Made by a program: the position numbers and the translations under genes
Shown here: positions 24,448 to 39,236 of the stretch, in pieces
Layout of the letters: every line of letters starts with the position of its first letter
How positions within the stretch are numbered: the stretch's first letter is position 1
The notes under the pieces: model-generated
Databases searched by the model: none
Seen by the model: only the letters and a program-made list of their open reading frames with translations
What the model was told of the DNA's origin: nothing
Source of the DNA: Antedon mediterranea
Taxonomy: Eukaryota; Animalia; Echinodermata
Reading direction: 5' to 3'
DNA length: 64,000 nucleotides
Assembly: GCF_964355755.1 (NCBI RefSeq)
Contig: NC_092673.1
Location: forward strand, 20,147,648 to 20,211,647

Positions 24448-27400
24448 AAAAATAAAAAAGAAATAAATCATACAAATTCCTGGCAAATAAAATGCAATTT
24501 CTTTGAAGGGTCCCCATCCGTTGTCATTCTGTCGCTGTCGCGGTCCCGGACCCCTACCTAGGTGACCAAACAAAGGAGCAGGATACACATTTGCCTTTAA
24601 CGTCATACATATGGAGAGAGATTTGTACTCGTGGTTCACTGTGAGTACGGGAGTCTGGTATTACGTCATATTATTGCAACAAGTCAGATGTTGTAAATAG
24701 TGTACGAATGAATTTAAGCTGTCGTTTTGTACAACAAACTACGAATATTATTGACCGAAATTAATTAATCAAAGTGTGATGGCGCTTCGTAATTATTGTA
24801 ATTCTTTTTATTGTTATTCCGTGGAATTGTGTATGTTATATATTTAAACACTGATAAATATTTTGCATTGGGTAATTGGTCTTGCACACCAAACCTTATC
24901 CAAATCAAAGTTTAGGGATTCCCGAACCGAGACAGTACTACATATTAGTATTCAAAATACGGTGTCGTTTTGTCATTTCTGGTACCGGTTGATCGGTGAA
25001 GGTTATGACTTGTAATAGGATATCTTCCTGGTTTATGTAAATGACGTAAGAATGGTTTTTACATTTACACAAAAGAAAATATATTTGGTATTACCATAAC
25101 TTTGTCACGAAACATGGCGACTTGAAAGCGAGTGACTGGCCAGGCGGTTTATAACATCTTTCGAGACGAGTAGGAGGGTGACCCCGGAGTACTAGTATAG
25201 GCCTACAAACAGCCACTGCCACTCGCATCCATTCATCTATAGGGAGCCACACGCCCTTAAGGCGACAGTGGATTTTCTGTTATTCCTACTCCTGGGCCTA
25301 ATAAAAAATATACAAGAAAAATAAAATGTCAATATTACGTGAAAATATTTACATAATACATTGATTGATTGATTGATCACTTTATTTCAGAATAAATATT
25401 TTACATGCAACAAACAATACAAAACGGAAAATCACACTAAAAAAGGATTTTATCCCATTTAGTATTGAGATTTGACGATCGTAACAGATAGTTCGTAGTA
25501 CATCTAACAAGATCATTTTCACTATTAAAAACTCTTATTCTAAAATCATAGACGCAATTGCGTACATGCTCGTAAAAAGAGGATATTCTCCTCATAAAAT
25601 TGTAGTTAGATAGTTATAGTTACATTATGTAACGGTTGTCGCATTATTATATTATTTAAAGCTAAAAGTATATTAACTTACTAGTGTTTTAATTTATTTT
25701 ACCCTAGACCAACATCGTTGTTTATACCGTTGCGACAGTTACCGCATGCTAATTCAAATTTTAATTAAAACTCAATTGTTAAATATAGGTTAAATAGGCC
25801 TATAACGTGCACATATTGCGTGAGCATCATCATTATATGATGTCAACTTTTTTAATGTATTTCACCGTAGGCCTACATCGTTGTTTACACCGTTTCGATG
25901 GTTACCGCAGGATAATTTAATGTAAGTTTAAAATATGATCATATTATAGTTCATGTGACATTGTCGGTACTAATTTTGTTTTGTGTTAACATCTATTGTT
26001 GTTTATTTTTAATTTCCGTTGCGACAGAGTTACAGCTTATAATGTTTTTCATTCACGTTCTTGATATTTGAAAATAATGATTAAAATGCATAATTAACCA
26101 TTTTAATAGATTATAGGTATAAACGTAGTAGAATAAGCATATTGAAATAACGTAGCAAGTTACAGTTGAGAAAAGAGTTTGGAAGTATTGACATTGCGAA
26201 AGTTTGAATGTTAACCACTAAAGGCCTGTGCACACCGAACGCGAAGCCGCGAAGCGTCATGCGTCATTCGACGGATCGCTTTGAAAGTTGAATTGTCATG
26301 CGTCTATTAGTTTTTCTTGTCGGTTCCCACTAAACGCGTCACGATGTGCTGATTCGTCGCGATTGCTAGGCCTAGGAGATAGTGGGTTGGCCAATACAAT
26401 GCTACATTTAAAATAAGATGACTGAAGTATTTCCTATGTAAGTTTAACCAGAGAAGAGTTAAATTAAAATGTAATTTAACTCTTCCCTGGTTACACCAAT
26501 CACAGTGTTTGGTTTTGGTGGGAAAATGTTATCCTTTTCCAAAGCCTGAAATGTGCATGATTGTATGTATATATCACAAGAACAGAAGAAGATGTATCCA
26601 ATATCAATACAGTTACAATCATTAAAGCATTTATTGCATGTTGATCACACGTACATGTGATCTGCTGACTGTATTTATTAGTGGTGTTACAAATATCTTT
26701 CAACAGAGGTTATTATAACCATATAAAACATTTCATATATAAACACGAACTGGGAATCTTCCTGGGTTTGTCACTTTCAAATATAAACTATAGGCCTAGG
26801 CCTAATATTAATGTAAAGTTTTCACATTCATTTTCTAATTATTATTAAATATTATATTATTCATGACAAAACATACCGTTTTTTTCTCATTTGATTAAAT
26901 GTAATAAATATCCCAAACTCATATTTACACTGTATATTATCTTATGACTTATGACTTCACATAAATACACTTATTGAAATAGTGAATCATTGTTTTTAAA
27001 GGTATCATTAAATATCAACCAGATTTTCTTTTTTACTACTCCTGAATACTTTCGCAAAATAATATCAAAATAATAAATTTAAAATGTATCATCCCCAAAA
27101 AAATGAAAATTGAAGAAATATTATTATTGTTAAAAGTGAATAACTAACCCTAAAGTGTTATACTGTATTACACACAACAAAAATGTTTTAAATTATATTT
27201 TCAGGAAGACAATATATCTTGTCCAAAAAATGACACTAAACTTAAAGATGTATTGTCCCGTAGAATCATGAAAAATGAAGATGATTAAAATCAAATTTGA
27301 ATAGGACATTTTGTAGTTTTAACAAAGTTAATCACTCACATAGAAAAAAAACCCCAAAAAACTTATGTTTTCACTTATAAAATGAAAAAAATTCCATTAG

Positions 27401-29591
27401 CTGGCAGCCAATTTGACTATTTTTTTAGTATTGGAGTATAACAAAACATATACATATATTTCCATGTGTTCTCTATTGCTAAAAAAAGACATTCAGTTCA
27501 GCTTTCCTTCTATAACCACTTAATAAATACTAGTTACAGTCCAACTCCTCCTTAATCTCTTCCATTTTCTATTAAAAAAAAATGAAACAAGTATTAAAAA
27601 ATTGCTATAGTAAGGCATATTGCTCAAATCATTTTTTTCTGGCCAATGTATGTCACCAACTGACATACCCATTTGAAAAAAGTCTATACAAACCTGTATC
27701 AGCCTCATAATTGCCAGTCCACGTTTTTGAGGAGCAATTGCTCTTAATTCCATGGCAATAATATACTGGCCGCTTAAACTACTAGCTTGGTCATTGGTGG
27801 AGTTTCTAACGCTGGTAATAGCCTGAAGGATTCCATTTATCAATGTTCATCTAATTGACCTAAAAAAAAAAAACAACAGTATTTATGTATTAATATTACT
27901 ACTACTAGGCCTATCCTAGCCTTACAACACTAAATCAACTAAATATTAGGCCTATAAATATTAATTAATAATAATAAGTAGGCCTAGGCTAGGCCTACCT
28001 AGTAGTACTGTACTCATATTTAGTAGTAGGCTTAACCTAGGCTAGGCCTGGCCTAGCACATAGTAGACTAGTAGGGATTAGTAAGTATTATGTAGGCCTA
28101 TAAGTACTACTTGGCATGGCCTAGCCTACTAGGTTATATGTAGCCTAGGCTAGGTAGGCCTAGCTAGGCCCTATTGCCTAAACCTAGGTAGGCCTAGGCT
28201 AGAAATAGGCTTGTCAACTCACTTTACAAATTGATCTCGGACGCGTTTTAGGCCTAGTTTTTCTGGCATTCTTCTACACAGATGTTTGTCTGAAATTATT
28301 GTCTTCATGCATTAATCCTTATGTTTCTGTCTTTGTATGACTTCCCAGGTAGCAAGCCCATATGGTACCCATATTGTACCCATATTCCTGTTCATATGGG
28401 TGGCATATGGGCTTACCCAGTAGGGCCCCAGCGGATTCTGCACCCAAGCCCCACATGGGCGTCATATGGGTTAGCCCATATCATCCCATGTAAATCCCAT
28501 ATGGTACCCATATTTGTTTGCCAATTAGGGCCCCATACGGGTTATCCCACATGGGACCCATATACAAATCTCATATGAGCAGCATATGGGTTTGCCCATT
28601 GGGGCTGCATATGGATTGTTCCTCATGGGGTCCATATGTAAATCCCATATGGTACCCATTAATTGCTGATATGGGCAGCAGTTCCAAAATGGTAGTTAAT
28701 CGAGATCACAAAATGTAATTTAAAGTTGCAGTATTTAAGTTTCAACACTCTAGATGCTCCTTTATTTGGACTTGGATATTACTAAAAAAAACAATACATT
28801 ACAAATTTAAAATAGCATATACAGTATAAATATTGATCATACAGTCGAAACACGACACACAAGCCGAAACTAAATATATTAGTCCAGTTAAATTTTTAAA
28901 AATTCATCTTCCAAAATATATTTTTATAAAAGTTTCCTTCTTAGTGAGAAAACGTTGGGTGAGAAAACATTGGGTGAGAAAACGTTTTTACAAAATAAAA
29001 TATAAAAGTTTTAGTATTTTGGTTATTTCATGTTCCATTAAACAAATGAGCAAAGAAATGGGACCAACTATATTATAAAACAGTTAAAAAAGGATGTACA
29101 TAAATACAGTTTTTTTATGGTGTACTAGGGAATATGTTAGTTCTTGCCTTTCACCCCCCCCCCCCCCTCCTTATCCCTTGCATTGTACAAAAAAGACTTT
29201 ATATTGTCTTTTATTTCCTCCCGTGTGGCATCCTTCTTACTTGGATTTCTTCGAACAGCTCCTAAAAGAAAAACAAAACAAAAACAAGACAATTATTACA
29301 TGATAAATGTTTTTGATTTGATGTAGTGTAAAAGTATGGATGGTGGTGATATAATGACATAACATGACATAATTATAGTCTGTATGTTTATGTAATCCGA
29401 TTTAGCACACAGACAACTAATTCAAGTATGAAACTTTATTGCTACTATGTACTCTATACAAGAGTTGTACCTATCCTATATTGAAGTGTTTAGTAGTCCA
29501 ATGTCATTCCGAATCTGTCCTTATGAATAGATAGAGTTGACTATATACAATAAATTGGTCCCTTGTGCAAGCCACCCTGTCAGCTCATTAA

Positions 29592-30666
29592 GGCCCCGTT
29601 CAGACCCATGGCGTTAGACCGTTTTAGCGTACGACGCTAAAAGAATGTGTGTCTGAACAGTTGGGGATTAGCGTACAACGCGTCGTACAACGGTTGTAGC
29701 GTTGTAGTGGAAAACAGTTGATAGTACCGTTTTAGCGTACGACGCTACTGTAAGTCAACGTTGTATCCAATCAGAACGTTTCCTGTTATGACGCGAAACA
29801 AGGTTTGACCTAGGCTGACATCTTGTATCGTCAATGTGTGAGATGGATTTCAATAACAAAAAGGCCAGAATAAATAAGGCCTAACTACACTACAAATACA
29901 ACTGTTACAAAGGCTACAAACTATTATCAACTGATTACCATTATATTTTCTAACAAATGACATAAATACATGCATCTTGTATTTAAACATAGGGACTACG
30001 ATCCCATCCGATTTTAGGCCTAGCTAGGCATAGAGCCATTCACGCATTTCATTCAAGCTAAAAACTAGCGTGGGACATCGAGTCACTCATTCATACAAGG
30101 CAGACTAGACTGGACAAATTTAATGCTGAAAACCCCCTAACTCCTAAAAAAATCAGTAAACAAACAAGGGGAGCTGTGTCCCTTTTATTAGCAAGTTAAG
30201 GGATATTTTTAACCGACTGGACCAAAGAATATATATCTTTGACTGGACTGGATAGACTAATCACAATCATATTTTTTTTCATCATTACGAGGCCTGCTTT
30301 ATTTTCGTAACACAAGAGCCTGGGGAGAATGTTTTTTACTACAAAATAAAAACAATAGAAACAGAAATTTGGCTTTACTATATTTTTCTTAAATAAATGC
30401 TAAGGTATGTTTTATTTATGGCAAATTTTGTCATAATTGTAGGGCTGAGATCTAGGCCTATATACAGTGGAAATAATGATGAAAACACGTGGGTAAGAGC
30501 ACATGAATATGCAACTAGAAACAACCTGGATGACGTACTTCCGTTGTAACGATAATCGTACGCTATGGGTCTGAACACCTCGTTTTTTTCTCTGCGGTTT
30601 GTAACGTGACCTTGATAGTAACGTTGTACGCTAAAACGGTCTAACGCCATGGGTCCGAACAGGGCC
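29592..30666. mobile_element. Harbinger-type MITE
   Basis: ~40-bp TIR GGCCCCGTTCAGACCCATGGCGTTAGACCGTTTTAGCGTAC with TAA TSD. Confidence 0.88.
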
Positions 30667-30822
30667 TAAGCCATTACAGTGAAAGTTAAAGTAAACATAG
30701 GGATAGTAATGAGTACACAGGGGACTTGAAAGGAACCTATGCTACAAACTAGTCAATCAATTATAGGTCTATACAGATAGGAGTATACTTAAGTCTATGT
30801 ATAAATGACACTAATCACTTAC

Positions 30823-32999
30823 CAAGTATTACTTTCAACAACTTTAGGTTTCCAAATTCCAGTTTTCCTTTGGCTCCAGTCCAATTATATTGGCGGGCTA
30901 CAAACGGTGATAGTAGGTTTTTCAAAACATTGTTTGTTGTAGTTTTAGAGTCCTTACCGCCAATTAAACCAAGCTTTAAAACCTGAAATCATGATTGGCA
31001 TACATTGTTAATGATACAATAATATATAAACTTAATACATAAAAATGTTTATCATGGTAGGCTTACACATCATAATAGTCTTTGGACTCACATTAATTAA
31101 GTTTCTAATATTTAAAAGTTATATAATTTCTGAAAACATGTATCGGGCCCTATCATCAGAACCAATTGGTGCAAATTTGGTTAAAACTTCCATGATAATC
31201 AAAGTTTTCACTTTTAAACTCACCAATTGTTTGCACATAGATGCATCAAGAGAAGCTTCAATTTCTATCAAACTCTCTACTGAACGAATGGGAAACTCCA
31301 CAGGTAATTCCTCAAGTTCTGGAACAGTAGTTTGGATCCCAGAAACGTCTAATTCCGTCAACAAAAATGTATTATGCTCTACCTTCCTCCTAAGTTCATC
31401 AATGTTTTCCTTAATCTCACTTAGAAGACAAATCACAGTTCTTTCAAACGCTGAAAAAATATATTACAGTATATAAATATATCGAAAATAATAATTTTAA
31501 TTGTGTACAAATAAATCATTACTTTCACAGATTAATGCATCATTTATTTTTTCATTTATTGTTATTTATGATTGTTGATTGTTCTAGCAAAAAGAGGTTT
31601 TCAATTTCAAGAAAACTAGTACCAGGGGCATAGAGTGGTTCCAATTTGAGGGGGTGCTAAAATTGTTAAGTGGACCGGAAATGGCCTTTGTCGTCGTGTG
31701 AGCCGTGCTAGGCACAGGTACACCTTTTTGTCTTTTGGGGGGATGAGTCCGCACCCCTCCGCTCCTGAGTACCATGTTTAAAAACATATCGTCAACTCTA
31801 AAAAAAAATGAATGTTTTAAATAAATCATCCCTAAATAAATGAAATAATACCTTTGTTAGGAGTACTACTTGTACTAGGACGTGAAATAGGAGACATTAA
31901 TGTTCTTTCTGTTAAATCTTTTCTATTCTGTGGAGTTTGAGTTAATGGGAGTTGAGGTAATTGTGGTTGAGGCAAGTTTCCTCTTGCATCATTTGTTGTT
32001 AGTCTTCTTTCTAAATCTGATTTTAAAAAATACATATAATTTATGAATTGGGTTACGGTTAAACATTTATTTTTAGCAAAACTTATATACTGTTTTAAAT
32101 AAAAATTATGAATATAAAAAAATATCCTTAATAAATACAATAAATAAATAATAAACATACCCTTGTTGGAAGCACTTGTAGTTGGTCTTGAAATACTGTT
32201 TGTTTGCTTAGCGTTTTTCACTGGAGGTCCAGACATTGGGGGTAGAGGCAGGCTTTTTTTCCTCTTGTTAGTGGGCTATCAGAATCATCACTCTCATAAC
32301 GAAGTGGCCGTCTGTAATAAATATAGGATGCTAACAATATTCTTAATTGCTTTTTTTGGCATTGGATTTCATACACCCAAGAATAATACCCAAAAGTAAA
32401 AAGGGAGAATTTCAACAGAACGTTTGCAATTTAAAAAAAAACTACAATGCATGTGCAGTAATAATAAGATAATTTTACGTTCGAATAATATAAATTATAT
32501 ACCACTTTTTTTGTTAATTGGCCTTTATCAATTTCTTGAAATTTAAATATAAACATTATATAATTTAAATATAAAAACACAGACAGATGGGTATAAATTA
32601 TTTATTTCATTTACTTCTTCTTTCTCTGAGGATGACTGTCTTCTTCTTCAGCCGACTCTAGATTCGAAGTGTCTTCTGCATCTTTAGTTTTCTTAGCTGT
32701 TTGGTAATCATCTGCATAATAAATATCGTACTCATTATCAATATTAATGTTGGTACAGCAACGCAAATTTGATTGTTTAAATATATATTTAGTACCTACC
32801 AGTTTCATACAGTATTTTTATAGCATAAGTCGCCCAATTATTTTCCGGTGATTGTTTGTTTTTAACTGCCTGAATTATTCGATGGTTCGATTTAAATGGT
32901 GGCCACACGGCAGTATCACCTACAACCCAGCAGCTCGGAACGACTGCCACTTGATTTTCTTCAATGTAATTGACAACTTTATATTGTTTCTCTTGGTCC
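30823..32999 (-). pseudogene. Multi-exon DUF4806-like accessory gene of the EnSpm element, probably degenerate
   Basis: Exon 32999-32800 EENQVAVVPSCWVVGDTAVWPPFKS..PENNWATY; then DTSNLES, low-complexity S/T/P exons and LPVEFPIRSVESLIEIEASL; exon 30982-30823 LGLIGGKD..VLKNLLSPFVARQYNWTGAKGKLEF. GT-AG boundaries. Confidence 0.7.
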
Positions 33000-33489
33000 C
33001 TGCATTACATAAAAGAGAATATGATAAACAGGATATTAATCAATCAATTATGGATGGTCTGATAGGGCAACATTTAATAGATTTGAAAAAAAAAATATAT
33101 ATATATATATATCAACAAATCTGCATGCCACTCATGTTGATCGCCGTGCACTATAGCGAATTAATTCTCCTACGTTTTGTCCACCTAGACATAATTATTT
33201 GAATAACACACCACACACAAATAAAATTACCGCCATTTGGATTGTCCACTGTTTTCTTCCATGATGGATATAATTTCTTTCTTGAACAACTAAAATAAAA
33301 AGATTACATTAACATTTACTTGCATATACATATGTTTTAAATTCACAGAATAATGCTGAAATGATTACAGGTATGTTCACATTGATGCGTTTTTTAAAAA
33401 TATGATGATCGAATGAGATTTTTGAAGACTAAGATCCAAGTTTTTTAAGGAATAAAATAAGTTGTGCCACTAGTTAACCAGGAACTCCG

Positions 33490-34096
33490 AGTGTTGACAA
33501 AGTGCGAGGCACGCGAGGTACGGCAAATATTTGTGCGAGGCATCATTCTATCATTTCCAAAGTGCGAGGTATTCAAGTCATATCGTGTCAAATTTTACTT
33601 TTACAAAAGTACCCAAACTGTTCAAAAGTTGTGCATCCGAATATAAAAGTAACAAATAAATCCTTAAATTAACGATTTTACAGGCGCGTTTCTCGCACAC
33701 TGTTAATTTTGCTCTTTTGGCGTTCCATAGAAACCAAATGATTGAACATCGAGTGTGCGAAATTTGCGAGAAAAACGTCTGTAAATCACCAATTTACCGG
33801 ATTTGTTGTTACTTTTATATGATTGTTCTTCATTAAAGTAGGCCTACTAATTCTAAGGTGTCGTATTCAGGATAAAGTTGGTTAATACATTTCGAGTTAA
33901 AATACAATGCAGGTGCAAAAGGGAACTAGCGGGCCTATGCTAGGCCTACTTCAATTTCGGTGATTTCCTCGCCAGCTCGCAATTTTGGGAAATGATAAAA
34001 TGATGCCTCGTATTTTTTGATGATGGTAAAACGATACCTCGCATAATTTTCTGACTTGCCTCGCTTGCCTTCCCTGCCTCGCACTTTGTTACACTA
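33490..34096. mobile_element. MITE with degenerate long TIRs
   Basis: AGTGTTGACAAAGTGCGAGGCA / TGCCTCGCACTTTGTTACACT, with further inverted similarity inward; TSD not identified. Confidence 0.6.
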
Positions 34097-35447
34097 CCCG
34101 TAACCTTCCCCCCATCACAATTTTTTTTTAAGCCAAAAAGTGTCAATGAACTGCACAACACAATTACAGGTATAACATTGATAAGAACAAGAACATACAA
34201 GACCATATCATAAACAAAAAATAATTGAGACAACACAAGGAAAATATTTTATTCAAGAAGAGAAAGAGAAACCCTAGAGCTAAAAATAAATCAGTTGTAA
34301 AACAAAATAATGCCTACAGAATAAAATAATAAAAAAAAAAAAGAATAGAGTACAGGTACTGGCCTAGCCAAATCCCTACAAAAAATAAAATAACTGCAAA
34401 ATAGTCCAACTAATAAAAATTAATAATATCCAATAATAAGAATAAACAGGCCTGCGCGCCTAATTATTCCAAAATAAAAGTAACTATCTAGAAAATAATT
34501 GGCAGGAAATTCAACTAGAAAAACCGCCTAGTAAATAAAATCATTGATTAACCAATCCAATCAAATTATCTAAAAAATACCACTAAATTAAATAAAATAA
34601 ATACAGTATAATGCCTGAAAAAACAATTAAATCAAATTAACAAAATAATAATAAGTCATCATGCAATGTCATTCCCACACAAGCAGGGCAGACAAATCAC
34701 TAGGCCTAGATAACAAATAAAAAAAGAAATGAAAAACAGACTAGCCACAGCCAGCCTGTCTCCCGATAAAAATAAATAATACATTTTTAATTCCACAGAC
34801 AGGATAAAAAAACTCTCTGCTCTGTAGCAAAAATAGAATTCTAAAAAAAACTGGAAGTACAGTATCCCTATTAATTAAACTACCAATCAGAATCAAGTAC
34901 TTACCTACGTCACCCACTGCTAGCCGTAAACAAGAGTTGACCTTGTTGCTGCATGCAAACCCCCAGTGAGGGTAGCTTGAAAATGCATGATCGCGATTGG
35001 CGCTAACAATGAATCACGCACAAGAAGACTGATAGGTTGAAAGTTGTCGTTTGGTGGTGTCTGGATAAACGACACTGAAATGGCGGCATTTCTCAAAGAA
35101 GCAAGTGTGGTGTCTGTTAAACCAAGACAATGACAGCCCATAGACCTCGATTTTATTGGGTCATAATTTAATCAGTGGTTTAAATCCCCTCTAAAAATTA
35201 TTCGCCGATTTTAACATGTTAATAAACAACAAACAAATAATACGCAATTTACGCTACCACGAGTGGGTCAATCACTAGCCTACCTAGCCTAGGCCTAGGG
35301 CCTACTAGGCCTAGGCCCTAGATCATATATTTATCAATTAATTTTTGATTGTATTATTCTTAAGCCTAGGCTAGGCCTATTAATTATCATTGTTATTATT
35401 ATTACCTACAGTACCATAAAATAGCTTAGGCTAGTAGGCCTAACCTA

Positions 35448-35885
35448 GCCCAGGTAAAAATTCCAGTTGAGAACAGTTGGAAATTTCAACTGGTCCAACT
35501 GGTCTTCAACTGGTCTAACTGGTTTCCAACTGGTTCAACTGGTTTTAACAACTGGTCAACTGGTTTTTCAACTGGTCTAACTGGTTTTTCCAACTGGTCA
35601 ACTGGTTTTTCCAACTGGTCAACTGGTTTTTCAACTGGTCAACTGGTTTTTCAACTGGTCAACTGGTTTTTCAAACTGGTCAACTGGTTTTTCAACTGGT
35701 CAACTGGTTTTTCAAACTGGTCAACTGGTTTTTCAAACTGGTCAACTGGTTTTTCAACAGGTCAACTGGTTTTTCCAACTGGCCAACTGGTATTCCCAAA
35801 GGTCAACTGAGTTCAACTAGTCAACTGGTCCAATCGGTTTTTCAACCGGGCAACTGGTTGTTTCAATTGGTTTTGCAACTAGTTT
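35448..35885. repeat. CAACTGGT(T)n tandem array beginning with CCCAGG, probably the end of another EnSpm-type element
   Basis: Tandem CAACTGGTCAACTGGTTTTT units visible; the opposite terminus was not found. Confidence 0.7.
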
Positions 35886-36359
35886 TTTTCCTAACAACCA
35901 AGAGAATTCGGAGAAGAGCGAAAGCGGATGGCTGGGTGTACGTCGTGGGAGTACGGGAGAGGACCCAGGGGAGAGGGGGGGGGGGGGTGTTCTGGGTTGA
36001 GGTGACGGGAATAGAAGCATGGTCCGTAATTACCATTCAAAATATAATTAATATTATTATTTGTAATCCTATGTTATTGCAACAAACAATTATTTAAATT
36101 AAATCAAATAAAATCGAGTAAAGAATAAGAAATACTGCACAACTTTTTGAAAATAATGGAGCATGCGTCGTATAGGCCGGCAGACCGTAAACAACCAATA
36201 AGAAAACTGCAAGCCAACAGCCAAAAACGGCTCCCTTTGTTTTTTTTTGTGCCAGTGTAGCTCGGCGGCAAAATCGGCGATCACGCAGCACAGAGATGCC
36301 AGGTCTAGAATGGGTATTATTGGCTAATCGCATCAAATTAAGGATGAGGCACAAATCTT

Positions 36360-37085
36360 GGCGCTACTGCAGTTTCGCACCACACTGTTATATCTTCGAT
36401 TTCTCGCTTAATTTTTTTCTCACACCCACATCATACATTTTTGGGCCATTATGTAACATGTTCCCATGATTTAGCCACCGTTAATTACCTTTATCATAAC
36501 AAAAAATGCCTTTCAAAACAGCTCCTTTTTTCGCGAATACTTCGATCGAACTGTGGCCATTTTAGAATCAGAAAATTGCCAGAAATCAATGTATGTTTTA
36601 TTTTCTGTTTTTATTTTTAAACTGCAAAGAGTGGTTTTTATAAAGAACCAGCTGTACATATCAAAAGGGCGACGATATGAGTCCGTACATAAAACATTGA
36701 TAGGAACCATTAATATGAATAATAATACTAATAATGAAATATTAATTTAGCCTTTATTATTTCGCCAGCTGAAAACATTTCTTGCTTTTCAATCGGATTT
36801 TATAACACTGCCCTCTATAGTTTCTACAATTTTTGGGGTAAAATGAAGCATAAATTCTGGCAATTAAGTGATAAATATAATATGGCGAACATTTCGCAGT
36901 GTGTTGACAGCGAGTTCAGTATTGTTTAAAATGTTTTGAAAAGTATTGTTATTTAAAAAAAATTACTTAGTAAGTGGTCGAATCGTATAAACATGTTACA
37001 TAATATTATGTTGTGAGTGTAAAAAACGAAAGTTTAGGTAAGAAATCGAAGATATAACGGTGTGGTGCGAAACTGCTGTAGCGCC
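36360..37085. mobile_element. Merlin-like MITE
   Basis: ~45-bp TIR GGCGCTACTGCAGTTTCGCACCACACTGTTATATCTTCGATTTCT; 8-bp TSD CAAATCTT/CGAATCTT. Confidence 0.78.
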
Positions 37086-37779
37086 CGAATCTTGCTGTTT
37101 TATAAAAGGTAGGCCTGACATATATGTCTATTATTATCTCTTATTACTATAGGCATAGGCCTACAAACTATGATCAAAGATCGACAACAAAATGGAGGCC
37201 TCGCTGCTGGCTAGTAAGCTAGGCGCTTCAGCCTTGGCTTGCCCTACACCTTGCTAGCTGATTGATTACATGGCTGTGTACGACCGCAAATTGTCTTATT
37301 GGCCTCTACATAGTACTAGCCTATAGTAGGCTAGAAACAAAGGCCAACAATACTATATTATTAACCTATTATTAGCCTACATGTCATTACCACACAAACG
37401 AGATTTATTTCCATTCATTCATGATCACTTTTGTTTTGGCCTACTAGGCTAGGCTAGGCCTCTAAAGTCTAGCCTAGGCCTCTAGTAGTTGTAGGCCCAA
37501 ACTAGCTACAGTAGTACTACTGTTCTGCATGTTGTATTATCACTACTCTAGCTAGCCTAGTGTCGTGATGACATGCATGGGTGCTATTTTAACATATCCT
37601 AAGCCTAGGCTAGCCTACTAATCTAATAATATTAAAAGCAAACTAATCCATGCTGTTTTAGTCTGTCTCCGTTTCCTTAAACTAAATATCCTATATTTTT
37701 TAATTTTCCTTCAATTTTTTTCATACACAATTGCAGGTGATTTCCAGTTTACTTGAATACAACCAACAAGGCTATAAAC

Positions 37780-38862
37780 GGGTGTCACGAAAGCTCAGAC
37801 CACGAAAGCTCAGACCCCCTAAGACCTAAGATCACGAAAGCTAAGACCCAACACCTAAACTAAGATTACAAATATTTATCTTTCGCACCTGCCTTGTATT
37901 TTAACTCCCAACATTTATTCTGAATACCACACCTTAGAATTGGCACTTTCATGAAAAAGAATCACATAAAAAGTAACAAATACATTTTTAAATTGATGAT
38001 TTTACAGACGTTTTTCTCGCACACAAAATGACTAGCCTACAGTACTACAGTAGGCCTACCCCATGTTCAATGTTTTTGTTTCTATGGAACGTCAAAAGAG
38101 CAAAAATTATATAGAGGGCTGAAAACTCTGTGGAGTCCATCTACAGTGTGGATGGAACAATGTAAAATGAAAATTGTAATGATAATAGTATAATCATGCA
38201 AGTACGAAGAAATAAATACTGGCAAATAAATTTTAATTTAAAAATCATGATAAGTTTTTTTGTTTCGTTTTCTTTCTGTTTTTATGCTTGTACTATTATT
38301 GTTGCTCTTTTGGCGCTCCATGGAAACAAAAACATTGAGCATGGTGGGAGCTCGAGGAGTTACATTACAGTATACAAAGAAACACATATGTAAAATCATC
38401 AATTTAAAGGATTTATTTATTTGTTATTATGTGTTTCTCCTTCTGAAAGTACTTATAAGTCCTAATTTTAAAGTGTGGTGTTCAGGATAAAGTTAGTCAA
38501 CAAATTTGGAGTCAAAATACAAGAAAGGCAGGTGCGTAAGAAAAACATCCTCTGAACCAACACAATGGAGTAAATATATACCAACAAACAACCCGTCAAG
38601 TTTGTTTGTTGTAAAGAAAAAATATACATTTACTCAACGGGCGAAAATAATGTGAGTTTATCTATGTTTTGCGGTAGTATTAAATTATATTTATGGTAAT
38701 AAATGAAACCTACTGTGTTTAAAATTATGTATGGATAAACAAGTATTGTTTTTAATCTGTAGTATATCTTAGTATTTGTAATCTTAGGTGTTGGGTCTTA
38801 GCTTTCGTGATCTTAGGTCTTAGGGGGTCTGAGCTTTCGTGGTCTGAGCTTTCGTGACACCC
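37780..38862. mobile_element. Mutator-like MITE
   Basis: Long TIR GGGTGTCACGAAAGCTCAGACC..; flanking duplication GGCTATAAAC (37770-37779, 38863-38872). Confidence 0.88.
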
Positions 38863-39236
38863 GGCTATAAACCAACCAAAAAAGTACAGCAGTACAAATT
38901 ACAATTTGAAGGGTAAATATATTTATGTATACTTTCTTTCTTAGAATGATGTAAGAAAATAGTTATTTATATGGCCTTTGGCCCAAATAATATACAATGT
39001 AACAATTCAATCAATAACATTAGTGTGCGTTTAAGAATTCTGTTCTACGTTAAAATGAAAAAAATATATATATATTTTCCAAGCTTAGTAATGAGATATT
39101 TGTAGTAGACATAAGATAAATATATTTGAATTTAGAGGGGTTATTTGTATAAAATGAAAATATATTTAGTTCTAATATCTGAATAAAAGGGACAAACTAA
39201 AGTGAAATGATACTCATCTTGAACAATTGCTTGTAG

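Noticed and set aside
27900-28260. TAGGCCTA-rich tracts (also ~35280, ~37440, ~46110) as a distinct element
   Set aside because: Low-complexity palindromic motif scattered through many unrelated repeats with no definable boundaries.
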